From NCBI GenBank assembly GCA_050944155.1, contig JBMNQN010000003.1, forward strand, positions 32,001 to 96,000: a DNA stretch of 64,000 nt. Direction: 5' to 3'. How positions within the stretch are numbered: the stretch's first letter is position 1; every line of letters begins with the position of its first letter. Source of the stretch: Candidatus Methanomethylophilaceae archaeon (lineage in GTDB: Archaea; Thermoplasmatota; Thermoplasmata; Methanomassiliicoccales; Methanomethylophilaceae). The translations under genes were made by a program, and so were the position numbers. Of the stretch, positions 32,698 to 43,200 are shown piece after piece. The notes below the pieces were generated by a model. That model was not told where the DNA came from and did no database searches. It saw nothing but the letters and a program-made list of their open reading frames with translations.

Positions 32698-33840
32698 ATG
32701 TCAAAAGAAAAGGTTACAGTTTCGGTGATTAAAGCAGACGTCGGGTCCGTTGTAGGACATTCGAGGCCCCACCCCTCCATGATGGAAGCATGCAGGGAGA
32801 TTCTTAAGGACGCCCAGAAGCAGAACGTCATCGAAGATTTCTACGTTACCCGTGTCGGCGACGACATCAATCTCTTCATGACCCACTACAAAGGGGAAGA
32901 GAACAGCGACGTTCACGGCACAGCATGGGAATGTTTCCAGAAAGCGGCGAAAATTGCCAAATCCATGAAACTTTACGCTGCGGGACAGGACATCCTGACC
33001 GACGCATTCTCCGGAAACGTCAAGGGCGCGGGACCCGGTTCCGCTGAAATGACGTTCGAAGAAAGAAAATCCGAACCTCTTCTCTTCTTCATGGCGGACA
33101 AAACCGAACCCTCGGCTTATTCCCCCATTCTTTCCAGGATATTCCTAGATCCGTTCACCACCACCGGTCTGGTTATCGACGCGAGAGCCAAGAAAGGATT
33201 CGAAGTTGAAATCCAGGACGTTCTGGACAGCAAAAAGGTCGTAATGTCTTCCCCCGAAGAGACTCTGAGCATCCTCAGTCTTCTGGGAGACACTACCAGA
33301 TACGCAATCAAAAGGATTGCTTCAAGAGCCGGAATCGGACCCGCATGTGCGGTATCCACCGACAAACTCAACCTGACTGCCGGAAAATACGTCGGAAAAG
33401 ACGACCCCGTGTGCATATGCCGTGCTCAGAGCGGACTGCCCTCGGTGGGCGAATACCTTCAGCCCTTCGTCAACCCCACTCTGGTTGCGGGATGGATGAG
33501 AGGTTCCCACTACGGAGCGTTCTATCCCTGCTCCCCCGAAAGTTCCGACCCCACTTACTTCGACGGACCTCCGAGAATATGCTGCCTCGGTTTCCAGCTC
33601 AACGAAGGAAAGCTTCAGGGTCTCGAACCCATGGACTCTCCGAACGGAGAACACGTCCCCGTGGACTTCTTCGCCGGAAACACCTGGGACATCGCGAGAG
33701 AAAGGGCTATGAAAGCATCCGCGTTCATGAGGAGCCAGGGTCCATTCATGCCTTCCATACTCGGTCCCGAAGAGATGGAATACACGTCCCGTCCGGAAGT
33801 GCTGAAATCTCTCGTTTCGAGGTTCGAGAACATTGAGTGA
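32698..33840 (+). CDS. fbp: Fructose-1,6-bisphosphate aldolase/phosphatase (class V FBPase)
   Basis: KADVG, VGDDI, YAAGQD, YVGKDDP, GWMRGSH, FDGPPR. Confidence 0.95.
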   Translation: MSKEKVTVSVIKADVGSVVGHSRPHPSMMEACREILKDAQKQNVIEDFYVTRVGDDINLFMTHYKGEENSDVHGTAWECFQKAAKIAKSMKLYAAGQDILTDAFSGNVKGAGPGSAEMTFEERKSEPLLFFMADKTEPSAYSPILSRIFLDPFTTTGLVIDARAKKGFEVEIQDVLDSKKVVMSSPEETLSILSLLGDTTRYAIKRIASRAGIGPACAVSTDKLNLTAGKYVGKDDPVCICRAQSGLPSVGEYLQPFVNPTLVAGWMRGSHYGAFYPCSPESSDPTYFDGPPRICCLGFQLNEGKLQGLEPMDSPNGEHVPVDFFAGNTWDIARERAMKASAFMRSQGPFMPSILGPEEMEYTSRPEVLKSLVSRFENIE

Positions 33841-34516
33841 CAAAAAATTCGGAAGGCCACTGATCGTCGTCAACTTCAAGGCCTACCTTGAGGCCAACGG
33901 CGATGATGCACTGGCACTTTCAAAAATCTGCGAAAAGGTTTCGTCGGAGTCGGGCGTACACATATGCGTGTGCCCTCCGGCGGCCGAACTCGGTTACGTT
34001 GCACGCAATGTAGGTATTCCAGTGTTTTCCCAGAGCGTGGATCCCCGTGCGCCCGGTTCCGCTACGGGATGGGTGACTCCAGCCATGGTCAAAGCCTGCG
34101 GGGCCGCGGGAACTCTGATCAACCACTCGGAACACAAAATCAAACCCTACGACGTGGAACAGTGTCTGAACCTTTCCAAAGGCAGCGAACTGGTGACGAT
34201 TGTCTGCGCAGACAACGATAAGATTTCCGCACAGCTGGCTCAGCTCCGTCCGGATTTCGTTGCCGTGGAACCTCCCGACCTTATCGGAGGGGACGTTTCC
34301 GTGACCAAGGCGAATCCCCTGATTATCGAAAACACGGTCGATGCCGTGCGTTCGGTCAGCAAGAACGTAAGGATTCTCTGCGGTGCGGGAATAAAAACCG
34401 GCGAGGACGTGAGAGCCGCTTTGGACCTGGGTACCGACGGCGTTCTTCTCGCGTCGGGAGTGGTAAAGTCCAAAGACCCGGAATCCGCGCTGAGAGATCT
34501 CATCGGAAAAGTCTGA
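33833..34516 (+). CDS. tpiA: Triosephosphate isomerase (archaeal)
   Basis: VNFKAY, NHSE, AVEPPDLIG, LLASGV. Confidence 0.95.
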   Translation: MSDKKFGRPLIVVNFKAYLEANGDDALALSKICEKVSSESGVHICVCPPAAELGYVARNVGIPVFSQSVDPRAPGSATGWVTPAMVKACGAAGTLINHSEHKIKPYDVEQCLNLSKGSELVTIVCADNDKISAQLAQLRPDFVAVEPPDLIGGDVSVTKANPLIIENTVDAVRSVSKNVRILCGAGIKTGEDVRAALDLGTDGVLLASGVVKSKDPESALRDLIGKV

Positions 34517-34579
34517 TTCCACTGCGTATACTAACTGCAGTACTGCCCGCGGTATTATACGAAGCCGGATAACTGTCTT

Positions 34580-36616
34580 ATGTTCCGGCGTCTTCTCACC
34601 GTGGCGGTTCTTGCGCTCGTACTGATTCCCGGGTTATGTTCCGTATGCGATGAATCCGAAGGTTCTCCGGGAAGCATACTGATTACAGAAGTTCAGCCCA
34701 AAGGAGCCGAAGGTTTCACTCTGCATAATTACGGGGCGGATGCCGACCTGAAGGGATACGAACTTTCGGACGGCGAAGGCAGAATAATTTTCACGGAAAC
34801 GCTGATGCTGGGTCATTCGGAATCACTTACTTTTTCTTTCGATACGGATACTCCGCACACATTCGTAAGCAGACCCGCAGAAGATTTCGTTCCCACTCTC
34901 GTCGGAACGCACGGAACGGTGAAAAGCGGAAATTTCAGATTGGCCGACAACGGAGACAGTCTCAGTCTTTATTCCCCAGACGGCAGACTTCTGGATACCG
35001 TCTGCTGGGGAAACGGAAATGCGGACGGATGGACCGGGGACGGAACTCCCGTTCCCTCCAAGCACAGGTATTTGGTCAGAATTTCGGAAAAAGATACGGA
35101 CACATCCGAAGATTGGTGTATTTCCCGTCCCGGAATGACCGATGTAGCTTTTGGAGAGTCTCCCGTATTCGTAGGTGATGTTACTCCTTTTATGTTTCCG
35201 GAATGCCGCGGAATTCCGGTAACAGACGCAATCCGTTCCGCCGAAAAGGAGATACTGGTTTCGATGTACATGCTTACAAGTTCCGATGCGGTATCGGCGC
35301 TGTGCGAAGCGGCGGAAAAGGGAGTTTCGGTAACCGTTCTTCTGGAGGGTTCTCCTCTGGGCGATGCGGATACGGCGATAAGGGAGAGAATGCTGATGAA
35401 AAATCTCACCGACGCCGGCGGAACCGTAAGGCTGATCAACGACGGAAACGCGTCCGGAGACCTGGGAAGCCGTTTTCGTTACCTGCACACGAAATATGCG
35501 GTAATCGACGGAAACACCGTCATAATAACGTCGGAAAACTGGACCGATTCCAATTTCGGAAAAGGTACCGGAAACAGAGGATGGGGCGCGGTAATCCGCA
35601 GTGCAGAGTATGCGGAATTCATGAAAAACATATTTCTGAACGACAGCAGCAAAGTTTTCGGAGACTGCTGCGATATGACGGAACTGTATCCTTTTCAGAA
35701 ACCGTGTACGTTGTTTCCTGATTACGACCGCGGGGAATATCCGTGCGAAACGTACTACGGATGCGAAATCATACCCGTACTTTCTCCCGACAATTCCTAC
35801 GCATATCTGGAATCTTTATTCGGAAATGCCGAAAAACGCATTTACGCCGAACAGATGAACATAAGTACGGACTACGGGGGAGCGGACCCCAGGTCTCCGG
35901 TTTCTTGGATGGTCGATGCATCTTCGCGTGGAGCCGACTGCAGACTGATTCTGGATACATGGTCGGATAATGGTACAAATAATTCCGAAATCAACTATCT
36001 GAACACAGCAACGGAAGTCAAAGCCGCAGGCATCCCGGGAGGCGAAGATTTCGGTCTGACCCACAACAAAGGCGTCATATCCGACGGATACGTCTGGCTG
36101 GGTTCGGTTAATTGGACCGAGACTTCCTTTTTCGCCAACAGAGAAGCTGCCGTAATCATAGATTCGGAAGAAGTTTCGGATTATTTTTCGGAATATTTCC
36201 TGAAAGATTGGAAAAACAGCTATTCTTTCGGAGGAATAAAAGCGGAACTCGTACGTCCCGAAATCATAAACGGAGGGACGGGTCTGTTCTCCCTGTCCGT
36301 GACTCCCGCCGGGGATTACGAATATTGCTGGGATGTGTACGGCGACGGAACATATGTGAGAAACACGGGAATTCCCAAAATGATTTACGAGAATCTTTCG
36401 CCGGGTACGCATACGATGAAAGTTACGGTATCCGATCCGAAAACGGGAATTTCCGAGGAATCGGTTTTCGAATATTCCGTTTCGGAAAACGGAAAATCGG
36501 AAACACACATCTTAAATGGACACCTGCCGTATTTGGCCGTGGCGGGAGCGGCATCCGCGGCGATTGCCGGCCTGCTGAAAACCGGAGGCGGAACGGAACG
36601 GAAAAAATACCGGTGA
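34580..36616 (+). CDS. Exported phospholipase-D-family protein with lamin-tail-like and PKD-like domains
   Basis: Signal peptide, ILITEV, two HKD motifs (HTKYAVID, HNKGVISD), C-terminal TM. Confidence 0.85.
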   Translation: MFRRLLTVAVLALVLIPGLCSVCDESEGSPGSILITEVQPKGAEGFTLHNYGADADLKGYELSDGEGRIIFTETLMLGHSESLTFSFDTDTPHTFVSRPAEDFVPTLVGTHGTVKSGNFRLADNGDSLSLYSPDGRLLDTVCWGNGNADGWTGDGTPVPSKHRYLVRISEKDTDTSEDWCISRPGMTDVAFGESPVFVGDVTPFMFPECRGIPVTDAIRSAEKEILVSMYMLTSSDAVSALCEAAEKGVSVTVLLEGSPLGDADTAIRERMLMKNLTDAGGTVRLINDGNASGDLGSRFRYLHTKYAVIDGNTVIITSENWTDSNFGKGTGNRGWGAVIRSAEYAEFMKNIFLNDSSKVFGDCCDMTELYPFQKPCTLFPDYDRGEYPCETYYGCEIIPVLSPDNSYAYLESLFGNAEKRIYAEQMNISTDYGGADPRSPVSWMVDASSRGADCRLILDTWSDNGTNNSEINYLNTATEVKAAGIPGGEDFGLTHNKGVISDGYVWLGSVNWTETSFFANREAAVIIDSEEVSDYFSEYFLKDWKNSYSFGGIKAELVRPEIINGGTGLFSLSVTPAGDYEYCWDVYGDGTYVRNTGIPKMIYENLSPGTHTMKVTVSDPKTGISEESVFEYSVSENGKSETHILNGHLPYLAVAGAASAAIAGLLKTGGGTERKKYR

Positions 36617-37062
36617 TAATCAGACAAACCGAAGAGGAAAATCTGAACGATGTGTATTCGCTCGCACTGCGCAGTCTCGACGAGTATTTCGTTCCGGAAA
36701 TTTTCGATTACTTTATGCGCCAGTGGAGAAGGGGGCAGCTTGTCGCCTGTCTGCCTACGGGTAAGATAATCGGTTTCATCGTCGGTTCTCTGCTGGGTTC
36801 GGGAAGGGCGGCAGTATCCCTGTTTGCGGTCGACGAGAGATACAGAGGAATGGGAGTGGGCACAAAGCTTCTTTCTTCTTTGAGACAGCGGGCTCTCATG
36901 GAGGGAATAACGACCATTCAGCTCGAACTGCGCACCGAAAACGAGAGAGCCCTGGCATTTTACCGCAGGAACGGATTTGCCGAAGTCGAGTATCTTCCGG
37001 GGTTTTACAACGACGGAGGGGACGGAATAAGGATGATTGGCCCCGTCCGCACGGAAACGTGA
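36613..37062 (+). CDS. RimI-like GNAT acetyltransferase
   Basis: AVDERYRGMGVG, N..ALAFY..NGF; GTGA overlap with the upstream stop. Confidence 0.85.
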   Translation: MIIRQTEEENLNDVYSLALRSLDEYFVPEIFDYFMRQWRRGQLVACLPTGKIIGFIVGSLLGSGRAAVSLFAVDERYRGMGVGTKLLSSLRQRALMEGITTIQLELRTENERALAFYRRNGFAEVEYLPGFYNDGGDGIRMIGPVRTET

Positions 37063-37127
37063 TTTCGTAGTTTGGTAAATCCGATACTTATAATTATAGT
37101 TAACACCATTAAGGTCTGAGGTGTTTT

Positions 37128-37814
37128 ATGGAAGAAAACTGCAACTGTGAAAGAATTCCCCTCATAGGGGAAGACGCGCCTGCATTCAAAGCAAACACTA
37201 CCGAGGGGCCCATAAACTTCCCGGCCGACTATAAGGGAAAGTGGGTGATTCTCTTCTCCCACCCGGCTGACTTTACGCCCGTGTGTTCCACCGAATTCAT
37301 GACGTTCGCAGCCATGGCCGAAGACTTCAAGGCACTCAACACGTACCTTATCGGTCTCTCCGTGGACTCTATCCACTCCCACATCGCGTGGCTCAGGACC
37401 CTTACGGACATGAAGTGGGGAGCCAAGAAGAAAGGCGTAGCCGTTAAATTCCCGCTGATCGACGACGTCAGTATGGAGGTTGCGACCAAATACGGAATGA
37501 TTCACGACAAAACCGGAACTTCCGCGGTCCGTGCGACATTCATCATCGATCCCAACGGAAAGATAAGGACCATCCTCTACTACCCGGCAAGCACCGGACG
37601 TAACATGGAAGAAATCAAGAGGATTGTCATCGCGCTTCAGAAAGCAGACAAGGACAAGTGCGCCACACCCGCCAACTGGCAGCCCGGAAAGGATGTAATC
37701 ATTCCTGCTCCCGGAACCCGCGGCGGTGCCGAAGAGCGCGCGGGTTCGAAGTCCGAGGACGGTATGTACTGCTACGACTGGTTCCTCTGCTTCCGCCGCG
37801 AAAAGAAACAGTAA
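37128..37814 (+). CDS. Peroxiredoxin (Prx6/archaeal type)
   Basis: FSHPADFTPVCSTE, YYP.STGRN, TPANW, C.DWF.C. Confidence 0.94.
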   Translation: MEENCNCERIPLIGEDAPAFKANTTEGPINFPADYKGKWVILFSHPADFTPVCSTEFMTFAAMAEDFKALNTYLIGLSVDSIHSHIAWLRTLTDMKWGAKKKGVAVKFPLIDDVSMEVATKYGMIHDKTGTSAVRATFIIDPNGKIRTILYYPASTGRNMEEIKRIVIALQKADKDKCATPANWQPGKDVIIPAPGTRGGAEERAGSKSEDGMYCYDWFLCFRREKKQ

Positions 37815-37817
37815 AAC

Positions 37818-37864
37818 AAAAAAAGGGGGAATTTCCCCCTCAATTTTTTTTAAAGGATTTTTTT
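37818..37864. terminator. Likely bidirectional terminator
   Basis: A-tract, AGGGGGA/TCCCCCT stem and T-tracts between convergent genes. Confidence 0.6.
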
Positions 37865-39385
37865 TCAGTTGAACATACTGTCGTCCGGAACGTGTTCGTT
37901 CTGGAAATAGTACGGAGACGATTCCTTCTGGGCGCTCGTTACGTCCTGGGACAGTCCCTTTGTGTACGAACCGTACCGTTCGTTAATCTGGGCTTCCACG
38001 GGCATGGAACGTTTCAGAGCCTTCTTTACGTGAGCTGCCGTTATCAGCGGTTCTTCCTCGGTGACGGCGATGTCTCCGGCGGCACGCACGAGTCCCCCCA
38101 TCTCTCTGAGTCTCAGAGTGAGGGAATTGTTCTGGCCGTCCTTTTTGGCTCTGCGGCGTCCTTCGGTGATGAGTTCCTCTACCGCGTCTATATCGGCATG
38201 GGGAATCCTTCCGTCCTTCTGAACTTCCTGGGCGACGAACTGTGCGTATTTGGCACGGTTTCTGTCGCTGTCCTTCATCGCTATGTCGACGAGAACCTCG
38301 TAACCGTTTCCTATGATTCTGGATCTCAGGGGAGACAGAATCTTCTCGATGTCCTGAATGTTGCATGCGGCCACGAGAATGAAATCGCAGGGGACGCCGT
38401 CCACTCTCACGCTGGCACCCGCCGATTGGGGGTTGTGGCCCGTAATCGGGAAGGTTTTATCCTGCATGGCGGTGAGAATATACCTCTGAAGGTTGCCCAG
38501 GTGGGAAATCTCGTCTATGAAGAGAACTCCCTCGTGGGCTTCGTGTATCGCTCCCGCGGTAACCCTTTCGTAAGCGGGAGTACCGAGTTTTTCGTGTCCG
38601 CCGTAGGGGTCGTGGAGAACGTCTCCCAGAAGTTCCGTTTCGGAGGAACCGGTTGCCATGACGAACGGATTCCTTTCCAGTTTCACAAGAATTTTTTTGT
38701 TCTTGGTTCCCTGAAGCTGGCTTCTTTTTTCCAGTGCCTTCTGGTCCAGCATTCTTATCATGTTCCCGGCTCTCTCGAAAACGACGGTTTCTTCGGTTCC
38801 GTCGGCGAGGGTGCGGGTAGTGTTCACCCGGTCTTTCCCGGCCATGGGCTGCTGTCCGTTGAGGGATTCCATCAGGTTTCCGAAAATGTCCGCGAAGGGC
38901 ATGTTGCCGGAAACCTCTATTTTCGAAGTCTGGCAGACGGGACAGTTAAGGTCGGACGGGCCGGAATACGCTCCGCATTTCCTGCATCTGTATCCCAGTC
39001 TTTCCGCAACGTTCTGAGGCGCCTTTTCGGGATCGATGAGCTTCCCCACGGTCTCCGCGGTAAGAGTCTGTTCCCTTTTCACTTCGTCTTCGTCGGCAAT
39101 TTCGAGAAGAGGTCTTTCGCTGTTTTCCGGATTTTTGACTACTCTGATTTCCTGTTTCGGAAGAGGCAGATTCATGGTCAGAGCCTGAGCTATCATGGAT
39201 TTGCCGGTTCCCGGCGGACCCACGAGCAGAAGGTTCCTGCGCTGCCCGGCGGCAATCTTTGCCATCTCTATTGCCGTTTCCTGCCCCAGAACCCTGTCCA
39301 GAGGGTCTGAGGGCAGAAGGATTTCTTCCGTAGAAACCATGGAAGCTACGTCGTCCCAGGTTTCTGCGGACCTCTTCTCGGTCAT
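37865..39385 (-). CDS. LonB-like AAA+ ATPase lacking a protease domain
   Basis: VLGQE, GPPGTGKS, GAIHEAHEGVLFIDEI, PLRSRI, LRLRE; ends without the DGxSA protease domain. Confidence 0.85.
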   Translation of the reverse strand: MTEKRSAETWDDVASMVSTEEILLPSDPLDRVLGQETAIEMAKIAAGQRRNLLLVGPPGTGKSMIAQALTMNLPLPKQEIRVVKNPENSERPLLEIADEDEVKREQTLTAETVGKLIDPEKAPQNVAERLGYRCRKCGAYSGPSDLNCPVCQTSKIEVSGNMPFADIFGNLMESLNGQQPMAGKDRVNTTRTLADGTEETVVFERAGNMIRMLDQKALEKRSQLQGTKNKKILVKLERNPFVMATGSSETELLGDVLHDPYGGHEKLGTPAYERVTAGAIHEAHEGVLFIDEISHLGNLQRYILTAMQDKTFPITGHNPQSAGASVRVDGVPCDFILVAACNIQDIEKILSPLRSRIIGNGYEVLVDIAMKDSDRNRAKYAQFVAQEVQKDGRIPHADIDAVEELITEGRRRAKKDGQNNSLTLRLREMGGLVRAAGDIAVTEEEPLITAAHVKKALKRSMPVEAQINERYGSYTKGLSQDVTSAQKESSPYYFQNEHVPDDSMFN

Positions 39386-39395
39386 GGGAATTCCC

Positions 39396-40808
39396 TCAGT
39401 AGAAGTCTTCCTTTGCCCAGAGAGTCATTTCGGCAGGCATTTTGGAAATCTTGCCTTTGCGCGTTGCGACAATGGTCTCTATGCCCTTCTCCGCGCTTAC
39501 GTCAACGATTCTTTGGGATATGACTCCGTCGAACACCACGGAAGAAACTTCGTCTTCCGCTTCCTTGAGTGTGTCGTAAATCGCTTTGGCGGCTATCTCC
39601 TTTATCACGTTTCTGTCGGCGTCGAAGAGTTTCGCGTTGTGGGTGGAAGCCATCTCGCTGAGCACGTCCCTGTAGAATATCTGCTCCTCGGTGAGGACTT
39701 TTTCGGAACGGGGGCTCTTTTTGGCGCGGAGGGTTCTGGCAGGCTTGGTTTCCGAAGGTTCGTCGGTTTCTTCTTCCTGCTGTTCTTCCTTCTGATCGTC
39801 GGCTTCGTCCTTTTTGTGCGCCGCATCTTTCTTCTTGAACTTCTCGGCGGCTTCGGAGCTGAATCTTTCCCTCTTCGAGTGGGATTTTTCTTCTTTCTTC
39901 CCGTTGTGGTCCCCGTTTTCTCTGCGGGCGGGTTTGGTTTCCTCGTCGGTTTCGTCCCTGTCGAGGGGAACGGCAGTGATTCCGTTCATTTCCATGTACT
40001 GTTCGGCGGGAATCTTGTTGCGGAGGCACTTAACCAGCTGTTTCTGGGTAAGTTCTTCGACTTCCTGCGCACGGGGAGCCCTTGCGACGAAGTCCACTTC
40101 GGCAACCTGGAAAAGTTCCTTGAGAATGAGTTCTCCTCCCCTGTCTCCGTCCACGAATGCGGTTACGGTCTTCTTTCTGGAAAGATCCTGTATGGTTTTC
40201 GGAATGTCGGTGCCTTCGACGGCTATGGCGTTTTTGATTCCGGACCTGAGACAGTTGAGAACGTCGGATCTTCCTTCCACGACGATTATGGCGTCCGCGT
40301 CTTCCACGTTGGGTCCCGCGGGGCACTTGTCTTTGCCGTAGGACGTGATTTCTTCGACCTGAATGCTCTTTCTTATGCTGTCGGTAATGTCGGAGCAGGA
40401 ATCTTTGGAGTTCTTTATGAGTTCGACGATGAGTTCTTTGGCACGTTCTATGACTTTTTCCCTCTTCACGACTCTGACGTCTTCGATGCTAATCACTTTG
40501 ATGGAAGCTTTGCACGGACCTACGCGGTCTACGGTTTCCAGCGAAGACGCGATGATGGCGGTCTCCACCTGATCGAGACTCGAAGACATTATTACGGTTC
40601 CTTCGGACCTTCCGCCTTTCGAAGTCACTTCGGCTTCGATGCGGCCGATTCTTCCGGTTTTCTGAAGTTCTCTGAGATCGAGTTCGTCGCCGAGCAATCC
40701 CTCGGTCTGACCGAAAATGGCACCGACTACGTCGGGTTTTTCAACAACGCCGTCGGCGTTTATCTTGGCTTTGACCAAATATTTGGTCGATGTCGGATCT
40801 GCGTACAT
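39396..40808 (-). CDS. dnaG: Archaeal DnaG (TOPRIM; exosome-associated)
   Basis: KPDVVGAIFGQTEG, VVEGRSD, FVDGDRGG, DGVISQR. Confidence 0.95.
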   Translation of the reverse strand: MYADPTSTKYLVKAKINADGVVEKPDVVGAIFGQTEGLLGDELDLRELQKTGRIGRIEAEVTSKGGRSEGTVIMSSSLDQVETAIIASSLETVDRVGPCKASIKVISIEDVRVVKREKVIERAKELIVELIKNSKDSCSDITDSIRKSIQVEEITSYGKDKCPAGPNVEDADAIIVVEGRSDVLNCLRSGIKNAIAVEGTDIPKTIQDLSRKKTVTAFVDGDRGGELILKELFQVAEVDFVARAPRAQEVEELTQKQLVKCLRNKIPAEQYMEMNGITAVPLDRDETDEETKPARRENGDHNGKKEEKSHSKRERFSSEAAEKFKKKDAAHKKDEADDQKEEQQEEETDEPSETKPARTLRAKKSPRSEKVLTEEQIFYRDVLSEMASTHNAKLFDADRNVIKEIAAKAIYDTLKEAEDEVSSVVFDGVISQRIVDVSAEKGIETIVATRKGKISKMPAEMTLWAKEDFY

Positions 40809-41031
40809 TGTGATACATCCCTTGCGGGAACGCAATACCGCCCTGCTCAGCTCTTTTCGTTCCGAAGACGGAACATTCCGTCTGCGACCTCGTAAATTCC
40901 GCCTTTCTGCGGAAGTCCGGTTTTTGGCCTGCGGCTCGGTCTCTCCGACGGAGCCGCTCTTTGATAGTGAATCAGTGAACAGGGAATATGCATTCCCTTA
41001 TATTCCTCGATGCACACTAAGCATATAATGA

Positions 41032-43200
41032 TTATGCATCCATGCCGCGGACGTCCGCTCCCACTGCCTTCATGAATTCGGCGGTTTCTTTATCGCAGGT
41101 GAACAGGATGATCTGCATGTCCTTTGCCGCTTCCGCTATGGCTTTGCAGGCGCCCATCTTTCTTTCGGAGTCGAAAACCAGAAGAACGTCGTCCAGGAGA
41201 ACCGGAAGTTTTTCTTTGGAAAGTTCTTTGGCCACGGCGAGTTTCAGCGAAAGGCATACCTGAGCCGCCAGCCCCGAACTCCATTTTCCTCCGTCCTTCA
41301 CTTCGGAACCTTCCCTGACCGCAACGTCTTTCACGCGGGGGTCGGTCTCCATCCTGTATCTTCCTCCCGTCATCATTTCCAGATAGCGGTCGGCGGTTTC
41401 GATTATTCCCGGTTGCATTTCTTCGTAAATGGTTCCGCATGCCCGGTCCGACAGGGTTTTTTCCGCCGAAAGAACAATCCACTCTCTGACCTCCCTGTCG
41501 AGTCTCGCTCTGAGAGAAGCTTCCCTGTCGTAGAGACGTTCGATATCCGTATCGGAAAGAACGGCCTTTATTTCGCCGTCTCTTCTGGTGATTTCCTTCA
41601 CCAGTTCTTCTATTCTTTCCGAATAATCTTCCGCGGGTTCTTCGGGAACCTCTTCGGAAGAGATTCCCGCGTCGTTCAGAATATTTCTTATGTTTTCTGC
41701 CTCGGCTTTCCATGCTTCCGAATTTTTTCTCAGAGCGTACAGCCTTCTCAGCTCTTCTTCCGAACCATAGGGAGCGAGATACGCATTAAGCTCGTTCGCG
41801 GCGTCCGCGTGTCTGGTTTCCGCTTCTTTGAATCTTGCGGCCGCCTTTTCGGCGCCGTCGCACGCGTTAAGAAGCCTTGCAAGAGCGCGCACGTCGTTCC
41901 CGAAAGAAGTTCTCCGGAAGAGTATGCCGGACGCGGTGCGGTTAAGCAGGGTTTCCAGATTTTCTATTTCCGTTTCGGTTTCCGAAATAAGCCGGTCCGT
42001 ATCTTCGCCCGGTTTTTCGTATTTTTCAGCGGATTCTTTTCCTTGGGATTTCGAAACCAAAAGTACGATGGAAACCGCCGCGAGGACTATGCCGACTACC
42101 GTAAGAACAACGGTACTGAAGGTGACTCCCGCCATCATGATTGCTATGGACGCCACCAGAATCGCGGTGTACGGAGCAATGTTATTCTTTCCGGCGGGAT
42201 GCGGTTTCGTTTCGACGGACGCCTCCTTTTTCTTTCTGCGGAGAGATTCCAGATTTCTTACGGTGCTTTCGTAAGCTCCGATGTTTTCGTTCAGTTTCAG
42301 AATGTCTTCCTTTCTGGATGCAATCAGGGCCGCATCCGCTCCGTCCAAATCGTCCCGGGCGGTTTTCAACTCTGCTTCGGCGGCGTTTTTCTGTTCCGCA
42401 AGCTGTTTTTCTTTCAGGGAAAGCCTGTTGAACGTTTCCAGTGTTTCCGGGGCTCTGTCCGCTTCGGCGGCCCCTTCCATGAGTTTTTTCAATTCTCCGA
42501 GCCGTTCGATGGACTTTTCCTGATCTTTGCGTTTTTCTATCTTTGCGTTCACGGCAACCGATTCGGCCTGTTTTCCGCGCAGCGATTCCAGTTCGGATTC
42601 CAGCCTTTTTTTCTCTTCGCCGAGACCTGCGAGTCCGGATTCTATCCTTTTCGCTTCTTCTATCTTCGCGCGGACGGAATCCAGCTCTTCCTCGGTCTGA
42701 CCGATTCCTTTGGTTTTGGATATTCTTTTCTCGGAGAGAAGGTTGCTCATCTCCGTATCTATGGCCGAGGTGATTTCGGGCATGTTCTCTCCTCCGGGAA
42801 CGGTAAGGAATCTGCGTCTGATGTCTCCGCTGCTTACTATCCCGGTGTCCACCAATTCTTCCGGACCCATGGCGTAAACGCCTTTGTACGTACCGGCATC
42901 GATTCCCGAAGCGATCGCGGCCATTTTCCCGTCGGAATCGGCTTTGTTTCTGTTCCGTCTGATTGTGAATTTTTCGCCGGAATCGGTGATGCAGTCGATT
43001 TCGCCGTGTTCGAGGCCTGTAGTTTCAGGATATCTTTTTCTCTCGGAAGCCGGGAACAGAGTGGTTCTGATGAACTCTTTCAGTGTGGTTTTTCCGCTTT
43101 CGTTCTTTCCTTCGAAAACGGTAAGCTCGTCGGAGAAGTCGGCGTAATCACGGTTGACGCTTTTTCCGAAAAGATGTATGCGTACGTTTTTAATTCTCAT
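41032..43200 (-). CDS. YhaN-like SMC/ABC ATPase with central TM hairpin
   Basis: GKNESGKTT, coiled coils, WSSG signature, LLDDVL..FD. Confidence 0.85.
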   Translation of the reverse strand: MRIKNVRIHLFGKSVNRDYADFSDELTVFEGKNESGKTTLKEFIRTTLFPASERKRYPETTGLEHGEIDCITDSGEKFTIRRNRNKADSDGKMAAIASGIDAGTYKGVYAMGPEELVDTGIVSSGDIRRRFLTVPGGENMPEITSAIDTEMSNLLSEKRISKTKGIGQTEEELDSVRAKIEEAKRIESGLAGLGEEKKRLESELESLRGKQAESVAVNAKIEKRKDQEKSIERLGELKKLMEGAAEADRAPETLETFNRLSLKEKQLAEQKNAAEAELKTARDDLDGADAALIASRKEDILKLNENIGAYESTVRNLESLRRKKKEASVETKPHPAGKNNIAPYTAILVASIAIMMAGVTFSTVVLTVVGIVLAAVSIVLLVSKSQGKESAEKYEKPGEDTDRLISETETEIENLETLLNRTASGILFRRTSFGNDVRALARLLNACDGAEKAAARFKEAETRHADAANELNAYLAPYGSEEELRRLYALRKNSEAWKAEAENIRNILNDAGISSEEVPEEPAEDYSERIEELVKEITRRDGEIKAVLSDTDIERLYDREASLRARLDREVREWIVLSAEKTLSDRACGTIYEEMQPGIIETADRYLEMMTGGRYRMETDPRVKDVAVREGSEVKDGGKWSSGLAAQVCLSLKLAVAKELSKEKLPVLLDDVLLVFDSERKMGACKAIAEAAKDMQIILFTCDKETAEFMKAVGADVRGMDA

